Shown: piece by piece, positions 11,925-21,980 of the stretch | How the letters are laid out: each line of letters begins with the position of its first letter | Numbering within the stretch: the stretch's first letter is position 1 | Assembly: GCA_013239625.1 (NCBI GenBank) | Contig: MU055600.1 | Span: 21,403,520 to 21,467,519, forward strand | Direction: 5' to 3' | Length of the DNA stretch: 64,000 bases | Origin: Lama guanicoe | Taxonomy: Eukaryota | Notes under the pieces: model-generated | Databases searched by the model: none | Seen by the model: only the letters and a program-made list of their open reading frames with translations | Told to the model about the DNA's origin: nothing | Program-made: the position numbers and the translations under genes

Positions 11925-12345
11925 CTTGTGGGGGCTCAGAGAAGAGAGTGAGGAAGGATGGGTTCAGGAAGATTTCATTAAAATGTGGCATTTGAGTGAG
12001 GGTTAGGAGGATGAGGGTAGTTTGGTACTACAGGCAGGCCTGGCAGGAGAGGTGAGGAGTAGCCAGAGTAAGATGTGGAGCTGTGCAAATCAGGCACCTG
12101 GGAGGCAGCAGGGTTCTCCCTGACTCAGGGTTCTGGCTTGATGGGTGGGATGGAGGCCGGGGAGGTAGCAGTGGTATCCATCTCCTCTGTCAGTGCTCCA
12201 TGGAGAGCAGCCACCCAGCACCCCCGCTGCCTTCCAGTCAACATTTCTTGACCCCCTTCTGTGCACCAAACGCTGTGCTAGGCACCAGAGGTCCCAGAAA
12301 CATGGGGACGATGTATCCCTTCCCCAAGAGGCACTCTGCCGGGAG
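11925..12345 (-). mobile_element. L2 LINE fragments
   Basis: GGTTCAGGAAGATTTCATTAAAATGTGGCATTTGAG and the L2 3' end CAGTCAACATTTCTTGACCCCCTTCTGTGCACCAAACGCTGTGCTAGGCAC. Confidence 0.65.
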
Positions 12346-12959
12346 AAAGACCAGACTGTGTTTCAAAGGAACGCCCAACAGTGAGTCAGAAAACCACCAG
12401 CAATGCAAGCCGGCAACCAGAGATGCCCTGCGGCTCAAGAGTTCCTGTCAAAGTAGATGGTTCACACTGTGCATCTTGGTTGAGGTCAGGGAGGGAGAGA
12501 CGCTGCAGAACCAGCGGGGTCTCAGCTGCAGGTCGGGGCGGATTTAGAAAGGAGGAGGGAGAACAAAGTGAACAAGGCACACAGCACGGGCAGAAGTGCA
12601 GAGGTCAGTGCACGTCAGATGGCCCTGGGGCCAGGCTGTGATGCACAGACTCGGAGGTCTGGCCCGGAGGGTTTCTAAGCCGAGGGCTTTCGCGGTGGAA
12701 CTCCAGGAGAGTTAGGGGCCCTTACAGCCAGTGACCAGGCAACTTGTAGCTGTTGGTGTCATAGGCAAATAGCTGTCCCTGCAAAGGGCCCCGGGCAGCC
12801 CAGGCCCCTGGCACCAGAGCGCCTGCGGTCCCCGCTGAGGCAGCCTCAGGGCCCCAGCCTCTAAGGAAAGTAGCTACTTGCTACCTGCAGGGCCGCTGGG
12901 ACCACTGATGAGCTTGTGTTCATAAAGGACTCTCAGCGCCTCAGAAGGGCCCTGCAGAA

Positions 12960-13230
12960 GTGCAAGTGGGTTACAATTACCACCGCCGTGATTAATGAGC
13001 CCCAACTTCGTAGAGAATACAGAGTGCGTAATAAAGGGGGGCAGCCAGAGAAAACTCCATGTGTTTGAACTTGGGATTTTTTTTTCCTTTGGAAAGTACA
13101 TGTTGTAAAGTATCAAATGATCTTTTATTCTCTCCTTTCAAAACTGAGTAGAACCCCAGATGGGATGCCTCAATGCCAAGGGCAGAGTTTCCAAGAATAA
13201 TGGAGTGTGTTGCAGCTCTTTGGAAAACAC
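12960..13230. promoter_or_regulatory. Candidate enhancer / conserved non-coding element
   Basis: CAATTAC, TGATTAATGA, GTAATAAA and TTTTATT words in a repeat-free island. Confidence 0.4.
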
Positions 13231-14759
13231 TGGCTGGAATCAGTGCTGCCACTCCCAGTGACTTGCACAGTCAGCCTCCATCTGTAAGGAAATGACGCTA
13301 CCTGCCTAACAGGTGGGGGGAGGAGGGGGCGGCCCTCAGCTCAGGAAGGTGACGCCCTGGGTTCATGGCTGGCATTCAGTTAGCGCCAGTTCCATAACCG
13401 TTTATACCTCAGATCCCAACCATGAAGGGGAAATAATGCCTCTTTCTTAGCCTAAACTGAAAAACAAGAAACCATACACTTGCAGTTCTCCGCTCTGGTA
13501 AACGTAGTTGTTTATAACAGTCACCTTTTCACTTTCGTCTTTTGCCGGTGGCAGGCTCTCATTCCCTCAGGAGAAGTCCCTAGGGTTGAGAAGAAGACGC
13601 TTTTACGGTTCCCAGGGAGCCCCGCCACGTCTCCCTCCAGAGGTGGTTGTGCCGGGGCTGCCCAGCTGAACAGGGGCGGGCGCCCCTCCACGGCCTCGCC
13701 GGCTCTGTGCGTTGCTATGTTAACGTGTGCGGAGGGGGCACTGTGCCATCTGCCGCGTCCCCGCGGTCGGCGTGGCCGTGGGGCGGCTGGGAGTCCTCTG
13801 TCGTCCTCCTGGTTCCCGCCGGCGCCGGCCGTGGCACTGTCAGCCGTGCTTCGACAGGGCGCAGCTGGCAGGCGGACAACTTTCTTTCATACGGAAAAGC
13901 CACTTAAAAACGTAAACGGGGATGTACCTTTACGCATCGAAATTTTTGTAAAGAATTCGGATTATTTGGAAAAATAAACCGGAAATGAATTGTACTTCTA
14001 AATAATTTTAAATAACTAGCATACCTATTATGCAAATGAAACTTTAAGAAATCCTTCTAAGGGCGGAGGGCACGGTGGCAGCTCGGTGAGGTGCCACCCC
14101 TTTTCTCAGCGCGGCTGGCGCGCCTGGCCGTCTCTCGAGGCCTCGGCTTTCTGGCTGTGGTGCCGTCACGCCTTGGTCATGCTCAGATTTGGGGAAACTG
14201 AAGTCCAAGTGCTCTTTTTTGCATTCATTCTGTCACGTCTTTTGCTAGGATCCCCGCGGCTCAGCCCATTTTCTTAATTTAATCAGCTCTGTCCTTGGCT
14301 GGAGTCAGCATTTCCCCCTTTCGCTCTCGCTCTCGCTCGCGTCCCAGACGCCCGGTTGTCGAGGGGACTCCTCTCCCTTCCCGGAGCGCTCGGCATGCTC
14401 AGACCTCCCCTGGGCGAGCGAAGCACCTGCTCGCCCGCGTCTGATGGCCCTGGGCGGCACGCGGGTCGGCCCCTCTGTCCTCCTCCCCCAGGTGGGGCCC
14501 CCCGGGGCCCAGGACAGTGCTGCCCGTCTTTGACTCTCCCGACTTTGGGAGAGGAAAGTAAATGTGGAAGCAAGTGTCAGAGAGAGTTTGTGTGTTGCCT
14601 GGCCTAGAACCTCAGAGCCTTTCCAGAAAGGGGCCAGCTTGCGCAGGACGGGGGGAGTCGAAAGGAAGTCTTCCCCACACGCCTGGAAGGAAAGCTGCGG
14701 TTGCCTGAAGGACACTGAGACAAGAGCGGTGCTGTCCTTGGGCATTTGGAGGGACATGT

Positions 14760-15231
14760 GACCCAAATGGCCACCTGCCCACCTGAGCTCCCCAGGTGAC
14801 CTGCCCCGAGTGGCCTGTCCTGGCGGCATCTGACCACAGGGTGGGTGGGCGTCTGACCCAAGCCTGGACTAGCTCCTGCGAGCTCAGGATTCGGAACTGG
14901 GTCATGGAGACTTTGGGTAGTTCCGGTTGGAACTTGAACTGGTGGGTCAAGGTGACCACTTTCTGCTGTGTATGTCGGGGAGAGAAAGGCAAATGTGAGA
15001 GAGAGAGAGAGAGAATATTGAAGCAGACGAGAAGGTCAGAGGAAGCTGGAGACAGGAGATCACTGGGCCCCCTGAGAAGGGGAAAAGGAAGAGAAATCCT
15101 TGGGCCAGTTTCCCTCACTTCCTGGCCTTGGCCCCTGGCATAGTTCCTTGAATCCTTACAATAAACTCCCTGTTTTACGTAAGGCAGTCAAGCTTCTGTT
15201 CCTTGGGAGTAAATGATCTCTGCCTGAGACG
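14760..15231 (+). mobile_element. Old MaLR LTR (MLT1-type)
   Basis: 3' end CAATAAACTCCCTGTTTTACGTAAGGCAGTCAAGCTTCTGTTCCTTG..GCCTGAGAC; internal (GA)n. Confidence 0.55.
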
Positions 15232-15345
15232 CTCATGACTGCCTTAACAACTTGACCTCATTTACTGATGCATGCAATTTTTTTTTAATTTTTAAAAAGG
15301 AAAATCTGATGGAAAAAAGCTGCTAATTTCTCCTACTTATTTTTT

Positions 15346-15720
15346 GTACAAGAGATTTCTAGTTGCTTACCCAGTATCCATTCTCCTCTTTTCGTGACAG
15401 AATCGCTATATTTTGGGAGTGGCAACATACCAGCTAAAATGCTACATACCCCAGGCTATCCTGCAGCCGTCGTGGCTGCAGGAGCAGAGAGTAGAAGTTA
15501 TTGGGTAGGCCTCCAGGAAATCCCCTTAAAGGGGGCTGACTAAACTGGCAGGTGATTTCCTTCCTTCCTCCTAGGATCTTCCTGGGACATGAGTGTGATA
15601 GCTGGAGCTGCAGCAGCCACCTTGTGAATAAGAAGATGGAGGCAGAGCTTGCGACTGGCAGAGCAGAGAGCTGGACGGAGCCTGGGACATGGATAAAATC
15701 ACGGACTGCCGTAAGCAGTC
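15346..15720 (+). mobile_element. MLT1J-like MaLR LTR
   Basis: AGTTGCTTACCCAGTATCCATTCTCC..CAGCTAAAATGCTACATACCCCAGGC..GCTGGAGCTGCAGCAGCCACCTTGTG..GAGCCTGGG. Confidence 0.75.
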
Positions 15721-16379
15721 AGCAAATGGTTGGCTCTGGTCTACCCGGGCCTACCAGCCCGACCTCAGGTATAACCTGGGAACCTCAGTCCTGGCCCCTT
15801 CATCCTGATCTGTATCCAGGTGCTACCTTTCCCCATTGGATTCACCCTCCAGACCCCAGAAGCATCCCTTACCAGCCCATTGAGTCAGCTCTCCTGGCTG
15901 CCACTCCCCGCCGACTGACTTGGGTCATTGTCCCTGGTCTTCATGGCAGCCTGTCCTTCCTGCTTGACCTATCCACCCCAGGTTGGAGGGTGACACCACC
16001 CAGCTGCCTGTACTGAGACCCAGAACCACGCCCAGAAATCCAGTTGTTAGGGCTGTTAGGCGAGACCCTGGGCTGGGCACAAACTGGAGACCCCAGAGCT
16101 GATCCTAACCCGGGGCTTCCTAGCTCTGGTACAAGTTCCTAAGCCAGCCGTGTGGGAGAATGGCAGCCCTTCTCTCGTGGCACCCCGCCTCCCACCACAC
16201 CCCTCAGAGGACCGCCCTGTCCAGGTGGCTCCACTGCTGATCAGCTCTGACAGGCATTCCTTCTCTCCCCTCATCGCCACCTCCTGGGCTGTTCCCCACC
16301 CCTCCTTGAGCTCGCCCTGCCACCTGCTTGCCTCCAGCCCCAGCGCCACTTGGCAGTCGGCAGTCGGAGGGGCTTTGGC

Positions 16380-16537
16380 AGAGTAGGCATCAGAATCCCC
16401 TGGGGGCTTATTAAAACACAAATTGTGGGCTCTGCCCCTGGGGCTCCTGATCGGTAGGCAGGATTGGGGTGGGCCCAAGAATCTGCGTTTCTAACACACG
16501 CCCAGGTGATGCTGCCGGCCAGGGGTCACACCTGGGG
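16380..16537. mobile_element. MER5A DNA transposon
   Basis: CATCAGAATCCCCTGGGGGCTTATTAAAACACA..GGGGTGGGCCCAAGAATCTGCGTTTCTAACA..CCCAGGTGATGCTG. Confidence 0.85.
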
Positions 16538-16799
16538 GCCCCGCGCGACGGGGACCTCGAGCAGCCAGCCTGGAGCCACTGCCACCCCTCAGAGGTGGAG
16601 GAGGTGGCCCTGGTTGGCACCACCAAGCTGGGCGGCCACGGTCGGATGCCCAGGAAAGTGACGCCACCTCACCCCCCCCAGAGGAGGGCTGGCAGCATAC
16701 CCCGGCGCTCGCCCCACACCCGCATCCCGGTGCAGCTGGAGCCTGGCTCCATTCAGCTGCCTTTGCAGTCCCTTCCTAAAACCCTGGAAAAGAGGGAGG

Positions 16800-16990
16800 A
16801 AGATTTAAAATCCTTACTCTGCACTACAGAAGAAATATTAAGGAATTATGTCGCCTCAAACCCTATATATGCAAATGTACTCATTTGAATAACTGCCAAT
16901 TTACATGCCTCATCAAATTAGGTATTCAAATTCTCGCCTGTGTCTGCATGGTTGCTCCTCTTCCTGGTTCGGGCTTAAATAGTCACACGA
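16800..16990. promoter_or_regulatory. Candidate enhancer with octamer
   Basis: ATGCAAAT at 16869-16876, TGCCAA and AATTA words. Confidence 0.45.
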
Positions 16991-18779
16991 AGGCTGAGCT
17001 GCCGGCTTCCCTTCTGGGCCCCTGCCTCCTTCGACCTGGAAGGAACAATTAGGGATTCGTCTTCTGGAGCATCACTTGTCCCTTTGATGGTTAGGCTGGC
17101 CCTCTTTTTTGTTGTTTCTGTCCTAGTAACACGCCATCTCCTCCCATGTGGGGCTCTTGAAAATACGTGTCTATTTCAGTCCCCCTGGGTTCCGCCACGC
17201 CCCGGGAGGTGGCGGGGGTGTAGAGGGGCCCACACTTGGCATGGTGGGGAAACCGAGACTTGAGGTTACAAACCTGCAAACTCAGATTCAAGCCTGGGGT
17301 TTGGGGCTCAGCGCTCAGGCCTCTCTGTTCTGCCACAATTGTCCTGTGCGCTTGCTCTTTTTCAGCCCCAGGAGATCAAAATGGGTGATGGTTTGAAGCT
17401 CCTTTAAAGCTCTTTTGTTCTTTTCAAAGAGTTCTCGAAACAGTAGCAAAGCCTTTTGCTCGGTTGCTTTCTGACGACCCCTGGGGGCCGTGGAGATGGC
17501 TGCTCTTCCCCAATACACAGATGAGGAAACTGAGGCCTGAAGTGACAGGGCGGTTGGAATCAGAGCAGCAACGCACACCAGGTCCTGCTCTCCCGCTGTG
17601 ATGTGAGGCCAGCTTATAGGTGGCTGTTAGCACCTCTCCCAGCCCTGACTCAATGACCTCGCGTGGGCAGCTTGACCAATTAGAGATCGACCACGGTGCA
17701 TTTACAGCCGGGGATCAGCAAACACTAAACACCGGCGCACCCCCCAGCCCAAGTCCATATTCACCCCTCACAGAGAAGGTGTCCAGGAGAGAAAGCAGCC
17801 TCCTTCTCCAGCCTTCCTCGCATCTTCATGGCTACCGCCCTCGGCGTCGCACCCTCACCCCGAGTCAGGCCAGACGCCCCCCGCAGAGGTGGCCAAACAC
17901 CCGAGGCTGCCTTCCTCCTTCATCCGACGGACCAGTCACCTGCTACTGGGCCTCCTTCCAGCTCCTGTCAGTTCCTGAGGGATCTGCAAGGTCCCGGAAG
18001 ACTGCAGAGGTGCTGCCCCCGTTCCAGAATGGCACACCAGCCGCACACTGCCTCACCATGTCTCTTTGACCTTGGAGCCCCGGGCCCCATGAGCTGGGAC
18101 ACTCAGCATCTGCCCACTCCTCCCTGTCTCACTGGCTCAGGGCCCTGATGAGTCCTTCGTCCCTGGAGATGTTCACGGTGAGGCTGGACAGACACGTGGC
18201 CAGGTTGCTGCAGCGTCAAATCCAGGCATTGTACGGAAGGTAAGGCCACGTGTCTGGACCGGAGAAGCCGTGACTGTCCTCTTTGCGCTTGACTCTTGAC
18301 CTTCCCCGACCTTTAGAAGCTGCTGCCCTCTCTCTGCTGCCTCTTCTCTCCCAGCTTGCCCCGATCCAGGGCCAGTGTGGGCTGTCTGGGTACCGCCGTG
18401 GAGGCTGTCCCCTGAGCTCAGAACCTAGCCCTCAGACAGGGCCACTGAAGGCTCGGATTTCCCACTGACGTTCCCACCAGCAGAAGCTCCCCTCTGGAAC
18501 GGGACGCTCGCTCCAGAAGGCCTCTGTTCCCAGGCTGGCGCGGCCTCATCAGCCTCAAGGACGCAGCAGGCCAGTCACACGAGGAGCATTGGGCTGGGAG
18601 GCGCTGGGAGATGCGGCTCTGAGGAGGCCTTTCCCCCGTGGGGTCGCTGTTCTTGTCCCTGGGCTGTAAATACCAGGAAAGGGCTCTGGGGAGTGAACGG
18701 TGTGAATTCCTTCCTTTCCTGAGGTCTATGGCCCATCCCAGCTCCAAGCACCCCCGCTCCCGCCCAGTCTTCGCATCGC

Positions 18780-19700
18780 TGGGGAGTATTTTATCAGCTC
18801 TCCAGTACAGGATGGAATCCTTCAGCAGAAGAGACACAGATAGCTGCACTTTAACGGAGGTGGGAGGAAACCTTTGGTGCGTTTGGGGTTTATTTGCATA
18901 TAACTCACCCTCCCCCCACCCCCGCTTCCTGAAAGTATTCGAGGCAGTTTACGATATTAAAACATATAATAAGGCAGCCAGAAGTAAAACCAGGAAGAGG
19001 CTTCCTGAGCCACTTAGAGAGCTGGGAGAAAGCACTCTCCAGGAAGCACTGGAGTAAGATCTGGTTTACGCCGAGCCTCCTGGCAGCCAAAGCAAAATGA
19101 AGTAACCACAGAAAGGTAATGGGTAATTTGGGGACCCTTGTAAAGGGAAACCTGGCCCTTCCCTGGCGGTGGGGATGATGCCTCAGGATGGGGCTCACCA
19201 CCTCACCTTTTACTCTGTCTTCATCCTGGTAATGCCGGCTCTCCCCGGTTGACCTCAACTAAAGCCCAGAAATTACGATCATGCCTGTGATGTTTCCAAA
19301 CCAGCTTCATAAATAAACATGGGCACAGAGGAGGAATTCCCCAAAGGAAGTTAGGAAATCAGAGTTGTGTTTTTAGTAAGGAGCCGGAATGCAAATCCCG
19401 CAGCTGCTGCCTCTGCCTGTAAATAGGAGGCGGAGGGATTTGGTGGCTGTTTGCGACAACCGAGCGTGGCCTAGACCGAAATAGTCCAGGGTGTTTGGGC
19501 TGGGGGTTAGGCACAGATAGACCTGAGGTAACGCGCTTTATGCAATGACTTTGTCTGGAAACATCGTGGGCCAACTGGTCCCTTGTAAAGCGAGCACTAG
19601 TTTACACGCACGCAGGCGGGCATCCATTCAAGAACTCCGTTGGCTGATCTTTTGTTGAAGTTTACAAACGTGTCTCCTTTAACCTTTGGTACAGGTGGCT
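18780..19700. promoter_or_regulatory. Candidate enhancer cluster
   Basis: Octamers at 18892-18899 and 19389-19396, TTTACGA, ATAAATAAACA; little recognisable repeat. Confidence 0.4.
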
Positions 19701-20259
19701 TCCTAGTGGCTGCCCTGATTGAAGCCACGTTACCGTCCACGTTAAACAGGAGTCAGTCTGCTTCCTCGTGCCTCGATGGCCGCTAAAGGCCTGCACGCCC
19801 TCCCCTCTTCTGGCCCACACTCCATCCTGCTCCATCTCTTGAGTAAACCAGCTTTTAGTTGACAGCAGCCGAGTGAGGAAAGGGACACGGGGCGCTTTGG
19901 GAGGACCCGTGCTGCCCTCAAGGTGGAGACGGACCTGCCGGCTGCGAGCGCAGCCCTGCAGACGGTCAGCCGGGCGCCCGCAAATCTCCGCCCGCGGGCG
20001 TCTGCCGAGGCCGCAGCTGGGTGCAGGAGCCAGGAGCCTGCTGCCGGTGGAGGGGCTCGGCGAGCAGGACGCCACTTCCAGAACAATTTTCAAAAGCCTG
20101 AGCTAATCATACGGAGCCGTTCATTAGAGCCGCGATTTTGTCTGCCGTCAGCCCCTTTCCTCAGAGAACGTCTCACTTATGCGTGGCAGACTGCGGGGTT
20201 CCCCACACGTGTCCAGCCTGGTTCGGGGGCTCTCTCCCTGGATGCCCCCTTTCTTCTTC

Positions 20260-20452
20260 TAGCGCTTCTCAGTGGAGGTGATTTGCTCCCCAGGGGACAT
20301 TCAGTAGCGTCTGGAGACACCTGTGGTCGTTGTGACTTGGTGGGGGGCCTGCTGGTGGTGTCCAGATGGAAGGGCCCTCAGGGCACAGGACAGTTCCGCG
20401 GCGAAGACGTACGTGGCCCAAGTGTCAGCGGCGCCCGGCTGAGAACGTCCAG
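20260..20452. mobile_element. MER20 DNA transposon
   Basis: GGTGATTTGCTCCCCAGGGGACATTCAGTAGCGTCTGGAGACAC..GCACAGGACAG..GGCCCAAGTGTCAGCGGCGCCCGGCTGAGAAC. Confidence 0.88.
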
Positions 20453-21049
20453 GCAGCTGGGACTCGCCCTCCAGCCTCAGCAAGGAGAAGCTCCCGCTGA
20501 GGAAAGGCTGCCTTGACCACCGCCCCGCAGCTGTGCGGGGAGCCCCGGCCAGCAGAGCGCCGGGCCCGGGGCTCTGATGAGCATGGGCCCTTGTGCAGTC
20601 TTCCTGCCTGGCCCTGCTCTTTCTTTGCCTGCCCGAGCCGGTTCCCGGCTAGCAGGCATGCCTCAGTCCCCCTCCTGTGACAGAGGGGCACAGACCCTCC
20701 CAGTGCTCACCTTGCTCGGCCCTGAGTGCCCGTCCCGGGTGACAGCTGTCCACTTCGTAACTGGCCTCAGCGTCGACAGCTGAAGGGCAGAGAGCAAGTG
20801 AGATTAACTCCACTCCAGACAAACCGGGGGAGGCAGAACCTCGTTAGAGAATGCCTGTCAAATAGAACGCCTGCTAGAAATGACAGCCACAATGTAATGA
20901 ATTCCCAGAGAAGAGCCTCCTCCTCAGGGCTGTGCACTTGTGCCCTCCCGGCTGCTTCTCCTTTCCCGTCACCACAGTCCCTCCGAGCTGGCTGATGTGC
21001 CCCCGAGTGACAGCAGGAGCCAGGTAAGGGGTGCCTGAGGCATCGGCCC

Positions 21050-21195
21050 GGGACTCTGGCGACCCAGGGACCAGGATGGCCCTCGTGGCCATGTGACCCT
21101 GCACAAGTGTCCTTACCGATCTGAGCCTCAGTTTATCCATCTGTCCAATGGGATGATAATACTCAGGCTACTTCGTAGAGTTATTAGAAAATCAA
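21050..21195 (+). mobile_element. MIR SINE
   Basis: TGTGACCCTGCACAAGT..TCTGAGCCTCAGTTTATCCATCTGTCCAATGGGATGATAATA. Confidence 0.8.
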
Positions 21196-21219
21196 TGGAA
21201 AAGGGGAAGAACCAAAGGA

Positions 21220-21430
21220 AGCAGCTAATGTCTGGGACCCTATTATATGCTAGGCCCTTTGCAAACATCATTACACTATTCTTCATGCCGATTCCTCCAT
21301 TCTTCAGAGGGGAAACTGAGGCTCAGAGATGTTGCAGATGCTCATGGTCCCATGGTGGTGATACGGGAATGTGAGCCCAAGTCCGCCCAACGCCGAGGAC
21401 CACGCTCTGCCTTCCACACTGCACCGTCTC
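21220..21430 (-). mobile_element. MIR SINE
   Basis: CAGAGGGGAAACTGAGGCTCAGAGATGTT..GGGAATGTGAGCCCAAGTC. Confidence 0.8.
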
Positions 21431-21799
21431 CACTGCCGGACCGCGTGGGAAGCCTGGCCACATGCAAGCCTTTCCCAGAACTGCCTCCCCAGCACATGCT
21501 TTCATCCTTTATTAAGGGCCAGAGGGTGTGGGACTGAGGCTGTCCTGGAGGAGGAGAGGAAAGAGAAAGCTGTGTGTGCTGGCGGAGGTGGGATTAGAGC
21601 CGGGCCTTGGAGGATGAGGCGGAGGAGCAAGGAGGGCATCCCGGACAGGAAGAAGGATGAGGCCACAGGCGCAGCCGCTGGGATGGGTGTGGGGGGCGGG
21701 GCGGCCGTGGGAAGGGCGCCTGACTAAAGCGGCACGGCGGGGGCCACGTGGGCAGTGATGCAGAAAGAGTCGGAGAGGTAGGTGTGTTGGTGGATAGGC

Positions 21800-21980
21800 C
21801 ATCTTCTCCATCCTCAACCCGTGAAATGCAGCTCTCAGATCCCTCATTCGCATTCTGGGGTCAATGACAGGCTAATCAAAAGAAAAATTTTAAAGTAGAA
21901 CCTTTGGAGATAATTAGCATTTTAATTGGGATCAATGCTTCAGGCGAAAAGAAGGAGGCTTTAATGGTGGGATTCCAGGC
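21800..21980. promoter_or_regulatory. Candidate enhancer / conserved non-coding element
   Basis: TGACAG (MEIS), CTAATC, TAATTAGCAT, TTTAATTGG, ATCAAT. Confidence 0.5.
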
